DNA of 64,000 nucleotides, taken from NCBI RefSeq assembly GCF_018350175.1, contig NC_058368.1, forward strand, positions 165,666,001-165,730,000, given 5' to 3'. Both the position numbers and the translations under genes were made by a program. The DNA is from Felis catus. Its lineage: Eukaryota. Shown here one piece after another: positions 37,280 through 50,779 of this stretch. Below the pieces are notes generated by a model. The model was not told the origin of the DNA, searched no databases, and worked only from the letters and a program-made list of their open reading frames with translations. How positions within the stretch are numbered: the stretch's first letter is position 1; every line of letters starts with the position of its first letter.

Positions 37280-39123
37280 CAGGCACCCAGTGATCTTAAC
37301 CTGCTGCTCTCACCCGTCTTCTGAAGGAAGTGACAACTCACTTTCCTTAAGGGAAGTCTCTGAGGATTTAATGCACTTAAGTATCTAACTTCTCCCAGAC
37401 ATATTTGTCTTCCAAAGAAGGATGGCCAGAGTGTGTTTGCTTCATTCAATGAATGATTTCTGTGAAATCTTTCCACTCATCCTCTAATAATGGCATGCAT
37501 TTAAGGCAGCCAATCTGATGTCTCACTACAAATATTTTAAGTTTCACTAGGCTTTGGAAAGAGGTCAACATATTTCATAAAACACAGTTTTTTTATTTTG
37601 AAACTCACTGTCAAATTGGCCCCCCATTCCACCTAACATTTTTATGGATGCATACCTTGTTTCCAGTAGTTTGTAAATAGCTGTTTTCTTCTCTGTTTAA
37701 CTGGTAATCTTCCCACTATCTAGCACAGTAGGGGTTTGATAAATACTTGTTGATGAAGCTAACCTGCACCACAATATCTGACCCAAGTTGTCACTTATGG
37801 TTCCCCAGACACTGCTGTTTAATTGTTTTCAATTATCTTAGCCCGTGTCTACCCAAGCAAAATGAAGTGTTGAGTCAAGCAATTGTCTTGTGAATGTGAT
37901 CAATATAGAAATTCAATATGGATAATTAAGGCACCCCCAACTCACTTTTTTCTTAGTAACAAGCTTTCTTTTTGCCAGAATTGTTCAGATAATTGCCTCA
38001 ACTGTCCATTTTACTTTGTGTCATAGACACAGGTTTGTAACTAGCTTAACGGACCATGGAAAAACTGAATGGTCAGTGCAGTTCACAGATAGATCACCAC
38101 CTAGTTCATTCATCTGTGTTGCTTCTGTATAAATCAGGCTGAGTGGGCTTAGAAAATTGCATTGATTAGATTTGCCTCTTAACAGCTTACGTCTATAGGA
38201 CACAGATATGCTCTTGGCTTCCATGTTTCTGAGCAGTTTCATATCCACCATTGTTCCTATGTCCAGCAATTGACAACCTACACCAAAGGAAAGGTATGAC
38301 AACTAATGGGTTAATTTGGATCATGCATGCAGCCAACAGAAACATTTTGGACCTCAAATGGGTACCATTTTGCAGAATGACCACAAAAGTAAAAAACAAA
38401 CTTAATGTCATCAGATTGCTTAAAAACAACTTCAGTTTCATTAAGGAAAAATATATCCTTTTTCACAAGCATTTCACCTTAATTACTGAAGTAACCTTCT
38501 GGACATAGCACAAACTTCTAAAAATACTCATTGAGAAGCTTAGACTTCAAATATTTGACAAATGCCCATATTTTTAATGTTTAGTTGTTTCCATATTTTC
38601 TTTCTAAAATTATGACTTAAATATACAGTAAGTTCTGTGGACCATGTGATGGTGAATTTTGTTTTTTCTATAGCTTTCTGCTTCTCCTAACCAAGTTAGT
38701 TACATGGTATATTGTTTTAGAAAAGTCTGAAAACAGGCAGGTGCTTTTTTAAACAGTAGTTTAAGGAGTGCTTAAAGAATAAATTCAGAGAAAGTGAAAA
38801 ACAGCAGGAAAGGACAAAGTAAAATTTAAAATATATAATAAAAAGCCTGAGCAGCTGAATGAATCTTTTTTTTTTCTTTCTGTAACCCTCCAAATATTTT
38901 GGAATCCCCCAAACGTTTTTGTTTCTATGGGGAAAAGAGTTTATGCATTTTTTTTGGCTATCCACTGGTCTTTGCAATGGTATACGTTAATGGTATGTTT
39001 ATAGAAGAATTAGAAACACATGCAAGGATTTTCCTCTTAAAATACAGATGGCTTAGATTTTAGGGAAAATATCCTTGGAAAAACAGATTCATTTTAAATG
39101 AATTCAAACACATTAAACTTATT

Positions 39124-39349
39124 GTTTTTGTTTGTTTGTTTGTTTTTGAGAGTGCATGCCCATGCTAGGATGCAAATGGGGGAGGGGCAGAGGGTAAGGG
39201 AGAAAGAATCCTAAGCAGGTCCACACCTACCACAGAATAGGGGGCTTGACTTCAAAACAGTGAGGTTCTGACCTGACCTGCCAAGAAATCAAGAGTCAGA
39301 CGCTTAGCTGACTGAACCCCCCAGGTGCTCTCTTTTTGTTTTGAGAGAG
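39124..39349 (-). mobile_element. Can-SINE with about 19 extra nt at its 5' end
   Basis: TSD TAAACTTATT at 39114-39123 and 39350-39359. Confidence 0.88.
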
Positions 39350-41255
39350 TAAACTTATTTTAAATAATCATTGAATTTTCTCAAAACCTGGCAACATTGT
39401 TCTTACATGCCCAAGGTAAAAAGTATAAAGGAAGGGAAAGGAGGAGTAAATTTATCATAGTAAACATCAAGTTCTGGACTTCTAAATTACTGATTCCCCG
39501 TATCAAATTTCTGAGTTTTTAAATAACTCCTATCCTCATCCCACCTCACCCCAAAAGCTCTAAGTTTATATTTTTATTTCCATATGGACAAATGAATATA
39601 TCTGGTGTTAACAAATACCCATTAAATGAAAACAAAAAATGAACTCCTTATAATGCAGTCCTAAAAGAGAATTGTTTCCTATTTGCCAATTAATTTGCCT
39701 GAAAATTCCCAGAGTCACTTCAACATGCATTTTATTTTGCCTGTGTATGCCTAGCCAGAATTGGATTTCCTGCGAGGTAGATGACTATCAGAGTGCATGT
39801 AATACAAGACAAAGACCAGACTGGCACAAGCCCGATCATTCCTATCATAAATAGAAATGCCTTTCTTACTGACTGCTTTAAACAGAAGTGAGCATGTAAA
39901 CAAACCTTTGCCAAAATGAAATCATTAAACAAAAAACCCACTTTGCCGTTGCATTACCCTGGCAGCTTACTACTGTCACACTGTATTCCAAGTCATTACT
40001 GAATGATGAAATGCAGGATAGTACATGTTCCATAGTATGCTGAAAAGCTAAAAAGAAATGCTAGCGATTATTTATATTTAACAAAGTCTCAGTTATTATA
40101 AACCTATAAATCCCCTAATTTTTATTGGCCTAACTCTTTGGTTTGATGTGTGTAGTAACCAACTGTGTTTTTGAAGAGAGCAGCCCGTTAAAAACAATTA
40201 TGGGCCTAAGCAACCCACACACCCTGAATATCAAAATCTACTTATTTTGTCATTCTAGGAAACCCACAGAGCGCAGGTGCGTAGGATTACCACCTTTAGC
40301 AAAACTCTGCAAGTAGTATGTTAAAGGTTGAAAAATTCAGAATATGCTAATGACAATTTTTATCAGTAGGCTATTAGGTAAAATTTCAAGGGTTGGCAAA
40401 TTTATGAAACACAGTCTGAAATAGTTAAGCAGGATTTTAAAAATGGAATTCTGATGATACAATGGATAACCTAACATGTGTATTCTATCTGTAAAGTTGA
40501 AATATTTGTTCAGTAATTTCATACTGGTATCTTGAAACTGGTCACAGCAAGTGGATTTTATGGTGGAAATAAACAAACATTATAAATCAAGATTTCATTC
40601 ATTGTTTTTTGAATGTCCGGGACTGAGAAAGAGATTGACAAATGTTAAGAATGTAGATTGAACATAAATGTTTGCCATGCATATAGCTCTTACATTGTAA
40701 ATAACACAATAAATTGGGGAAATATTCTTCCAGTACTCAAAAATCTTTCTCTGATTCAGAAAAAAAAATTATGTCACTGAAGAATAAGTGAATTTCCTAC
40801 ATATATCCTAATTGTTTAATTTTCTTCTTACATATTAATGCAAACAAAATATCAACCACTATTCATGTTAGAACTACACTCACTAATCATTGTAATCATA
40901 TGCTTCATGTTTACAAAAATTTAAAAAAAAACTCAGTGAAAGCATTCTGTGAGAATCAATTGGCTATATGGAATTTACATTAAAGAGTGTATTTTTATAA
41001 TTATTTCCTATCATGTGCTATACATACACTACGTTAGAAAAAAGTCCCAATAAACTTAATCACACACTTGCATACAGGCCATTAAACATTTGCTAGCATA
41101 CCATTGCGTAAATAATCAAACAAAATGCGTAATCTTAAGTTTGGTATTCAAAAGTATGAGACTGCTCTTGGAATCATTAGAACCGTAGAGAAAGCCATTG
41201 GCAGTACTAGCTCCCCATTCAAATCCCAGGCCCTATTTCAAAAAAGGATGATAGA

Positions 41256-41469
41256 TGGGGCCTGCGTGGCTCGGTCGGTTGGGCGTCTGACTTCATCTCA
41301 GGTCATGATCTCGCAGTCCGTGAGTTCAAGCCCCGCGTCGGGCTCTGTGCTGACCGCTCAGAGCCTCGAGCCTGTTTCAGATTCTGTGTCTCCCTCTCTC
41401 TCTGACCCTCCCCCGTTCATGCTCTGTCTCTCTCTGTCTCAAAAATAAATAAACGTTAAAAAAAATTTA
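41256..41469 (+). mobile_element. Felid Can-SINE
   Basis: TSD AAAAAAGGATGATAGA at 41240-41255 and 41470-41485. Confidence 0.97.
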
Positions 41470-42769
41470 AAAAAAGGATGATAGAAATAACAGAATTTGA
41501 AGAATTGGACCAAGTATACATACATATGTTTGCATGTTTTAAATTACTCAGTACTTTCATATATAGGTGGCTACATTATTTTTCAAGCGACAGTGCAGTA
41601 TCATTAAATGGTATAATTCAGCTAAATTTTTTGTGTGTGTGTGGAATCTGAATAGATTGCAGGTACAAATGTGAAGGTTTTAAGTCATTATTCCCAGGGT
41701 TACTCAAAAGCAATGATTGAGACAACATGCAGGGGAGCCAACTCTTATTCAGGTATGGGGTAGGGAGTGGGAAGTTAACCACTGCTCAAAAGCCCATTTT
41801 TGCAAAGTGCAAACATAATTGCAAGATCAAATCTTTAACATTTGCTTTGACTTTATTGTGTAAAAGGTCTGTCTATATATAAATTTCAGAAGGTGTTCTA
41901 GTGGATTTGTGTAATTATTTTGATGAAATAACTTAAAAATAGAAAACAGAATGAAATGAATTCTCTTCAAAGTTTTGAGCATACAGATGGGCATATTGAA
42001 CACATTCAACAAATACTTTTGATTGATTTTGATGTCTGGTATATAGGCATATATTTGTTGCTGTTGTTTTTTTAACAACAATCTTAAAATGGCCACAAAA
42101 TCCTCTGTAGAAATATTATTGGCATTTGCCTCAATGGGTGGAAGAACACATTTGCTTATAGAATGTTTTAAATAAATCATAAATGATATTTTCTATACCA
42201 TTTTTGAATTATGAAAGTCTAATTATAAAACAATTGGAAATTCTTAAATTTAAAAATCCTATTATTGTTGCTTCTGATTACTTATTCTGTTTTAAATTTA
42301 AATGCTCCTGCTCTTCACATTCAAAGTTCAAACACATGATAAAAATATGTGGCCTGGAGTTATAACCAAATATTGATAACACCATTTGATTGGATTGCAT
42401 TGCATAAAATTTCAGATGATATCCATATACCATTTCTACCAGTTATATTAAAACTCCATAAATAAATAATAATTGTCTATAAAAATAATTTATAAATACC
42501 AGAATAATAAATAAGGACAAAGAATGAAGCTGTTGTAAAAGTAATGAACACAGAAACAGACAAAAAATGAGTGATTGAAGAGTGAAAGCCATGTCTAACT
42601 CACATAATTGTCAGCTAGTTGGTGTGGATGTAAGGGTTTGAAGAAGATCACAATAACTGTGGCCTAGGGAGTTTACCTGGAAAATGAGAGCAAATATATT
42701 CTTTAAGAGTTATTGAGATCAGAAAGCTAACAGATCAAATATGAGCAGCGTTTGGGGGTAGTAGAATGG

Positions 42770-44470
42770 CATTTACTTATTCAACATTCCACAAATATTT
42801 ATTAAGCACCTTATATGACTCTTACACTGTTCTTGGCCCTTGTTAATACATCAATGAGGTAAACAGCAATACTTGCTGCCCGGGAGAACTTACATTTTAG
42901 TAGCTGGAGGCAGACAGTGAGTCATAAACAAGCAAACATACATAATAACTAAGAAAATTACATAATATTTTAGAGGATACTAGGTACTACACAAAAGTAG
43001 GTTAGTGGTGAGTACCATTAAGGATGTGTATCATCTTGAAATAGTGTGATCAAGGGAACTCATTAGAAGATGAGGTTTGACCCAAGATTACCAGGAGAGA
43101 GAAAAGTAGCCACACGTAGAGCAAAGGGCACAAGGTGATAGAGCTACAAAGAAGCCAGTGTGGCTGGAAAGAGGCACAACAGGGAGAGAAGAGCAGGTGA
43201 GATGATCACAGAGGTTACTGGACACAGAGAGATAATACATGGCTATACAGGTTAGCTTACACACTTTGGTATATTTCTCTAAGTGAAGCTGGGAGTCTTT
43301 AGAAGTGGATGCAGAGGAGTGACATGATGTTACTTAATTTCACATTATTGACAAACTATTACTACCTTCCATCTCCAGAACTTTAGTCATCTTCCCGAAC
43401 CGAAACTCTGGGTCCATTAAACAATAACTGCCCATTCTCTTCTTCCCTCCAGCTCCTGGAAATCACCATTCTACTTTCTGTCTCCATAAATTTGACTATT
43501 ATATGTATGTCATGTAAGGGAAATCACACAATATTTGTGTTTTGTGACTGGTTGATTTCACTCAGCATGTCTTCAAGGTTTATCTGTGTTGTAGCATGTG
43601 TTAGAATTTCCTTATTTTAAAGCTGAATACTAATGTTGCTTAACATTTTAAATAATCTCTCAGTCTAAACTGTTGAAGGTGCAAACAAGAAGTGAGGAGA
43701 CTTGTTTGTTATGAATATATTACCATAATTCAAGAAAGTGATAATGTTGGCTTGGATATTAGCAGTGAAGATAGAGAGAAGTGGCCAGATGTTGGTATGT
43801 TTTGTGGATAAGAAAAAAAAGACTTGCTGACAGACTGAATGTTGGTTTGAGACAAGGGTGGGTAGGGCCATGGATGGTCTAGTTAGTGGGCTGTGGCATG
43901 TGTCATTTCTTGACTCAAGCATTTAATAGCTCTTTTGCAAACAGTTGCTCCATCAGTCTTGGTTCCCAAGTAAGGGCCTAGTTGGGAGGCAATCTGCAGG
44001 TAGTTGGTATTGTTGACACATCATAAATGTTTTGGACAGAAGATTCTTTGTAATGGAAACATACATATGTTATTAGAGGGAATGGGAAGAAAGGAATGGG
44101 AAATATTGGCATTAACAACTCTTTGAAGAAGTATGTTGCAAAGTATAGCCAAGAAACAGGGCAGTAACTGGCAGTGGAAGTCAGATCAGTGCAAAGTTTT
44201 GTTTTCAGATAGAAAAAAAATGGCATGCATGATGTACTAGATGAGAATGACTCAGTAAAGTGGGAAAACTAACTGACATATGAAAGATATCACATGGCTT
44301 CAAGTTGTCAAAAGTGGTAAGGACAAAATATAACTGAAAGTGCAGTCTTGGACACCAGCGTGGCAAGGAGTATATGGCTGTGGGTGCTGGCGGATGAATA
44401 GAGATGTGGGGGCTTCTCTATTGCTTTAATTTTCTTAGTAAAGTAAAAATCAAGGTCATTATGTTGGTGA
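42770..44470 (-). mobile_element. L2 (L2a-like) fragment interrupted by an L1MB piece
   Basis: ATTCAAC...AAATATTTATTAAGCACC antisense L2 3' end; AAGAAGCCAGTGTGGCTGGA further in. Confidence 0.75.
43338..43632 (-). mobile_element. L1MB-type 3' fragment
   Basis: CACCATTCTACTTTCTGTCTCCATAAATTTGACTA; flanks ATGTTACTTAA / ATGTTGCTTAA. Confidence 0.85.
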
Positions 44471-44724
44471 TGTAAGGGGATTGAGTAGGTAAGAAAATAC
44501 ATGAAACAGTCATGCAAGTCACTAAGAAACCATAAGTTCAGCAGTTCAGGCTTATACAAATCCAAAACCTGTGTTTTCCAGCAAGATTGCTTAAGAGTTA
44601 AAGGCATTGCTTAGGAATACCTTTAAAGAAATAGAATAAGTTTCAGTTTAATTTTTGATCAAGGCACAAACTACCATATGATCATATGCACTAACAACTG
44701 AGATAAAATATTCAGAATATGTTA

Positions 44725-44850
44725 TAAAGGAGCATGATCTAGGAGCCACAGGACCTATAGTCCAGAATAGTCTACATCTCTCACAGGCCTATGACACTGG
44801 TCAAATCACTGGGACCCTTTTTCTTCATTCTGAAAATTCAGAGGTTTCAA
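44725..44850 (+). mobile_element. MIR fragment
   Basis: ATGACACTGGTCAAATCACT...TTCTTCATTCTGAAAAT. Confidence 0.5.
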
Positions 44851-45865
44851 GTAGTTTGGTAGTTTTTATTTTTTATACTTTCTGGAAACAAAATGCCTGG
44901 AATTAGATGATACTAAAAGATCCATGTCAGTGTTAGCATTAATAATGATAAAAGCATACGAATATTAAGTCTCTTTAAAATGAAGTGCTATTTATATTAA
45001 GTTTATAAAGATTATACATATACAATGATAACTTATTTTAATTCCAAGCCTTTTTCTCTCTTATTTCTCTAATTCATAGTCATTTTTAGATCATATTTGT
45101 GCTCTGCATTTACTAAATAAATATGGTGGTATTATTAAGTTGTCATAGCTCCTTTAAATTCCAGCCAGTAACTTCTTAGAAGTTATTACTGAGCATTTTA
45201 GTTTGCAGTGAAAGTCAATATTATTATCATAAGACACCACTGGAAACTTCCCTGGTGGGACAGAGGAAGAACTACATTATAGGTATGGGTTTGCTAGTAA
45301 CTTAGTTTGAAATTTAAGAACAACTCATATCTTTTGTTGAGTAATTCTGTTTTATATAGAAGAAACAATACCCATTCTATCTGACACTCAGAAGTTGGCT
45401 GGAGAATCCATTTGTGTGTAATTTCCTCTGAGGAAGTGTGTGTAACAAAATACATGATTAGCTGGTTGATTTTACCAAAGCCCTAAATTAAGGGAGCTTG
45501 TTTACTTTTGGTAAAAGTGTTATTTCAATTGCATTTAAGAGGAAATTTCAAGAAACCAAGAAAGTCTATCATAGTGTTCACATTCACTTTAAATTTGTAT
45601 TAGAGTAAATGTTAACAAAATGCCTAGCTAGCATCTGCCTAAAGGTTAAAAATATTGAGTACCAATTGGTTATGAACCTCAGCACACACTACCCATTCAT
45701 ATAGGTTAGTGTCTGCAAATTCCAGGCAAACTGTTCATCTACTCTAGTAAGGGGAGGTTTTCTTACTCAGAGGAATATCATTTCTGAGATCTGAGAAGGC
45801 AGAATTGTGATATGATGGGAAAATTTAATCACAGTCACCCCACCCACCTGCCTCAATCCCACTAA

Positions 45866-45965
45866 ACTTCCTTCCTTCTCCCCTTTCTTCCTTTTTTCCT
45901 TCCTTGCTTCCTTCCTTCATCCCCTCTCTCCTTTCCCCCCTTTTTTTCTTTCCTTCTTTCTTCTT
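45866..45965. repeat. Polypyrimidine (CCTT)n-like tract
   Basis: About 100 nt almost purely C/T. Confidence 0.9.
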
Positions 45966-47003
45966 GTTTATTTCTCTTGTTCTATTGTTTATTTAATATT
46001 TAAAAGTACAAAGTAAAGACCTCTGCAAATTATTTATATTTTAAACCTCATAAAAAAAACCTGCCAAAAGACCTTAAAAAGTAATACCAAGTCAATTTAA
46101 ATACTCAAAAAATGAAAGAAATCTGACTGAAGTAGATGTTCTACAAATCTTTACCTCCATTTTCTTTGATGCTGTGCAACCAGATAAAAATTTTTGGTGC
46201 TTTCTGCATATAAATAAGTAAAAATAAAATTCATATACATTTCATCTATCTTTTGCTGTAAATTGATAAAAAAAAGAGAAAAAAAGAAACAACACTCTTT
46301 AATTTGAAGGCTCTTTTCTTCCTTCAACTTTTTTTTTATATAGTTCCCTTCCCATTTCCGGTTTTTGGCTTTTTGTTTGTTTGTTTTATATTGTTTTGCT
46401 CAACCTCCCATTCTTTCTCTCTGGGCTGTGTCTCAACCATTTTTTTCCTTTCTGTTTCCTTTTTTCTTTTTCTCATTCTTTGTCCCTATTGCATAACTGG
46501 TCTATGTGTAAAACAGACATTTTTAAATTATATTTTTTGATAAATGAAAGTTATGATTTATTAATTTAATTGCATAAATTTGGTATTTGCATTCTCTCAA
46601 TTTCTATTAACTTGGTTGGGTCTATATATGCCTATGCCCTTCTCTAATTCCATAGCTGTGTTGGTAGGAAGGTAAATGTTCAGGAAAGATGGGCAATATT
46701 TTGCTGACCTGAGTGAACTCCTAAGCCAGGCAACCATTTCAGTTGTTAGAAAGGGATAGCCCCTCCCTAAAGAGATAAAGGAGATGACTATTTGTGTGCA
46801 ACCACAGTAATTGGTTATTATCCTACAAACATTGTGATTTATATTATATTATGAATACATAGAGATATGACTGGAATTTGAATAGTTTTATAACTATTAC
46901 TTATAATATTCCATTTGAAAATATTTGTTTCCTCCATTTTTTTCTTGTTTTCAGCACCTTTCCAAAAAAAGACTTGTCATATTCTTTAAAAATACATACT
47001 TTA

Positions 47004-47208
47004 GGGGCATCTGGGTGGTTCAGTTGGTTAAGTGACTGACTTTGGATCAAGTCGTGATCTCACAGTTCCTGAGTTCGAGTCCTGCATCAGGCTCTGTGGT
47101 AACAGCTCAGAGCCTGGAGCCTGCTTCAGATTCTGTGTCTCCCTCTCTCTCTACCACTCCCCTCTCTCTCTCTCTCAAAAATAAATATTTAAAAAATTTA
47201 AAAAAATA
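47004..47208 (+). mobile_element. Felid Can-SINE
   Basis: Flanks AAAATACATACT / AAAATAAATACT. Confidence 0.94.
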
Positions 47209-47289
47209 AAAATAAATACTATCTTTTCACAACTTAATAGTTTCTAATACAAAGCCACACTGTTGTTCCTATACTATGTTTCATAGTAG

Positions 47290-47960
47290 ATTTGTTGAGG
47301 TGTAACATATTTAATAAACTAGTATAACTATTTTTAAGTTTTAACTTCTATGTTGAACCACAAAACTATCACCACTATCAAGATAATAAACAGAAACATC
47401 ATCCCAAAAAAGAGTTCTTGACTCCCTCTCCAATGTCTTTTTTCAACTAATCCTCACCCAGCCCCAGCCCCAGGTAACTAATGATCTATTTTCTGTCATG
47501 ATATATTAGTTGTCATTTTCTAGAAATATAAATATATGGGAGATATAAATGTATATGCATTTTTCCCACACAGCATAATTATTTGAGATTTATTCATGTT
47601 GTATATATTAATATTTCATTCTTTTTAATGCTGAGTAGTATTCTTTTGGGTGGATATACCATGATTTGTTTATCCACTTACCTGTTTCTGAACCATTGAT
47701 GTTTCTATGTTTCTAGGTTTTGCTGATTTCAAACAGAACTTCTATAAACTTGTGTATACACTTTTGTATTAACATTTGTTTTCTTTTTTCCTCAGTAAAT
47801 TCCTAAGAGCTGAATAGTTGGTTTACATAATATATATACATTGGATATCATCAAAAAAAACCCAGCTACACTGAAGTCCAAAATGGCTGCATACTTTTTA
47901 CATTCCCATTTGCAGTGTCTTAAGAGTTTGTTCGTCCGCATTCAGTAACACTTCAGCTAA
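47290..47960 (-). mobile_element. Old L1M 3' end
   Basis: CAGCATAATTATTTGAGATTTATTCATGTTG...TGCTGAGTAGTATTC. Confidence 0.8.
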
Positions 47961-48717
47961 TTTAACATAAAGTATTTCTTTGATTATTTTCTCCAACAGT
48001 TACTATTTACCAGTTCTGGAAAACTGGGGTTAGAGGCAGCATGTTAGCCCATTAAAAGACAGAAAAACAGTATGTTTCTAACATCACAGGTTGCAAGATC
48101 CAACAAGATCAGTGACATCTGAAAGATGACAGTAGAAAGAAGTGGGGGAAGGTAGAGCAAATTTGTGGAAGGACATAAACTGGAGGTTCTTCCATTAATA
48201 ATTGCATTACCACAGTAAATAATAGGATGAGCTTTTCTGGAACAAGGAATTTCACCCAAATTAGAAAAGGGAGAAGAGGCTGGCTAAGTATATTTTACAA
48301 AAACTTTTTTGAAAAGAAGACAGAACAAGTGGTTACTGGAAAATTTAGGTCTGGAGGGTAGCTCTGAGGACTAGAGGAACTTGGCTAGCCAAGGAGACAG
48401 TTTACAAACCCTAGACGACCAGACAACAGGAGTACCAAGAACTAAAGATAATTTCGTCTCTAGAGAAAGAACTAAATCCACTGGTTTCTTAGCAGAGGAA
48501 AACACTCTCTAAAAAGGCAGGTTATTTTTGAAAGTTACAGTAATGAGCCTAGCAGTTCAAATTCAACAAATTCAGTATTTTAGGGTTTACTTGCAACTGT
48601 GTCACTAAGATTAAGTCAGGATTGGTTGGAGGCTCACTAATTCCACACCCAGAATACTGAGTGAAAACACTAAAAGAAAGTCTCTATTTTTTTTTTTTTA
48701 TAAACTTAAGAAATCTA

Positions 48718-49046
48718 TCCTTTTGTAGCAATGTGGATGGAACTGGAGAGTGTTATGCTAAGTGAAATAAGTCATACAGAGAAAGACAGATACCATATGT
48801 TTTCACTCTTATGTGGATCCTGAGAAACTTACCAGAAGACCTTGGGGGAGGGGAAGGAAAAACAAAAGTTAGAGAGGGAGGGAGGCAAACCATAAGAGAC
48901 TCTTAAAAACTGAGAATAAACTGAAGGTTGATGGGGTCTAGGAGGGAGGGGAAAGTGGGTGATGGGCATTGAGGAGGGCATCTGTTGGGATGAGCACTGG
49001 GTGTTGTATGGAAAACAATTTTACAATAAATTTCATATATAAAAAA
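48718..49046 (+). mobile_element. 5'-truncated felid L1 3' end
   Basis: TGGATGGAACTGGAGAGTGTTATGCTAAGTGAAATAAG, G-rich 3' UTR, AATAAA and polyA; TSD AAGAAATCTA at 48708-48717 and 49047-49056 in a TT/AAGA site. Confidence 0.96.
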
Positions 49047-49637
49047 AAGAAATCTAAATCAGTCAAGCAAAAAACAAAAAAACAAAACCCAAACAAAACA
49101 AAAAACTGTTTTGAATACCTAAGTGGCAAACAGAACACCTAGAAAGTAATCAACAATGAGCAAAAAATGGGCTCAGTAGGATTTAAGTGGCTGTTTATTC
49201 ACTTATTCATTCATTTTTCCAGCTACCTGATAGAAAGTGGGAAGTCAGTGACACTGCAACAAAGGGTCATTTTTCTATCCAGAGAACCTTCTCATTAAGT
49301 TTCAATTATTTTGCCACTTTGTGAAAACTGCACAGTTTTTCCATGTTTCTTACATTCCTAACACATATAGGTGGTTAATGTCTCTTCACATATGTTTCAC
49401 AGCGGGATCTGAACTCTGAGAACACTTTCAGCTAAAGTTCTTTTCCAATAGAGCATGTAAATGTGACCCCTGATGGGTGGTGTTTCTTCAGACATGATAA
49501 GAATCACTGACTCAACCACTACACCACACATGAATAGTAGTGGAGACTTGCTTATTAAGGTTTCATTGGCAGTGGATAATAACAAATAGACCACACGTAA
49601 TGCTCCATGATGGGTGTTATGATTACATGAATAACTG

Positions 49638-49732
49638 AAAGAGAGAGAGAAAGAGGGGTAGAGAGAGAGAGAGAGAGAGAGAGGAGGGAGGGAAGGAGAG
49701 GGGGAAGGATGGAGGGAGAGAGGAGGGAGAGA
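49638..49732. repeat. Polypurine (GA)n/(GGGA)n tract
   Basis: Nearly pure G/A run. Confidence 0.9.
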
Positions 49733-50129
49733 TGTCTTCTAGATGTTTAGCACCATGAAACAATCAGTGAGCAGCCATGAACAGTATCTAGGTGACTTCT
49801 GTAATATTTGCTCACGGGAATGATGTGGATTTGGCAAAATATGATGTTGCAGAAATTATATGTGTTTAGTGAAATCAGTTAAGAAACTTTGTAGTTTATT
49901 GGATTTCTCCTTTACCTGAAATACATTAATATATCTGGAATTTCATCCTAATTTTTAAAAGAAAAAAAAACTATATACATATAAGGGGATTCAAACTAGT
50001 ACAAGTCTGTAAATTTTATACATTTTAGTTTAATTGGGTCCCAAATCACATAAAAATAGAATATTCCCAAATATTTAACAAAAACTGGTTTTTACAATTT
50101 TATAGTTTCAATGTATCTTTACTTGCAAT

Positions 50130-50270
50130 TTCATTTGATTCTCTCAAGAATCCTGCTGAAGATGAACAGAACAAATAATCAAATGGCTTATTTCAAAATG
50201 GGAAATTGAGGCTCAAGTTACTAATAAAATCATACAGTCTGAAGATAGTTCTGCCTTCCATTTTATCCAC
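50130..50270 (-). mobile_element. MIR fragment
   Basis: TCATTTGATTCTCTCAAGAATCCTG...ATGGGAAATTGAGGCTCA. Confidence 0.65.
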
Positions 50271-50560
50271 TATACCCTTGATACCATGCCATATTGTGCC
50301 ACAAAGTTTGTTTTCTCTACCATGGGTCATAGGATGGTGATGTGGATACTCAGTTTCTATTTCCTCCATCAAGTGGTCCTGCCAATAGCCAGGCAGTTCT
50401 AAACTATCCATAAGCTCAGCCACACATTTACAGCTCCTGCAAAAAGTTTGTTGTTTAACAAAAAAGGAAAATTTTGAGGACTGTGATTAGAGAGTTTGCC
50501 AGCTAGTGTCCCCACCGAAAACAGAGTGCAAGCTCAATACAAGATAATTATAAATCAATT

Positions 50561-50754
50561 GGGCACCTGTGTGGCCCAGTTGGTTAAGCAAAGGACTCCT
50601 GATTTTGTTTCAGGTCATGATCTCAGGATTACGAGATAGAGCCCTGCATGGAGATTTCTCCCTCTTCCCCTGTCCCTCCTCCCTCAAACAGGGCCACTCA
50701 CATGCTCTCTCTTTCTCTCAAATAAATAAATACGTAAATAAATAAATAATAAAA
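50561..50754 (+). mobile_element. Can-SINE (older, partly deleted)
   Basis: Head GGGCACCTGTGTGGCCCAGTTGGTTAAG and (TAAA)n tail. Confidence 0.9.
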
Positions 50755-50779
50755 ATTCTAGGAGACCTTAATCTACAAT

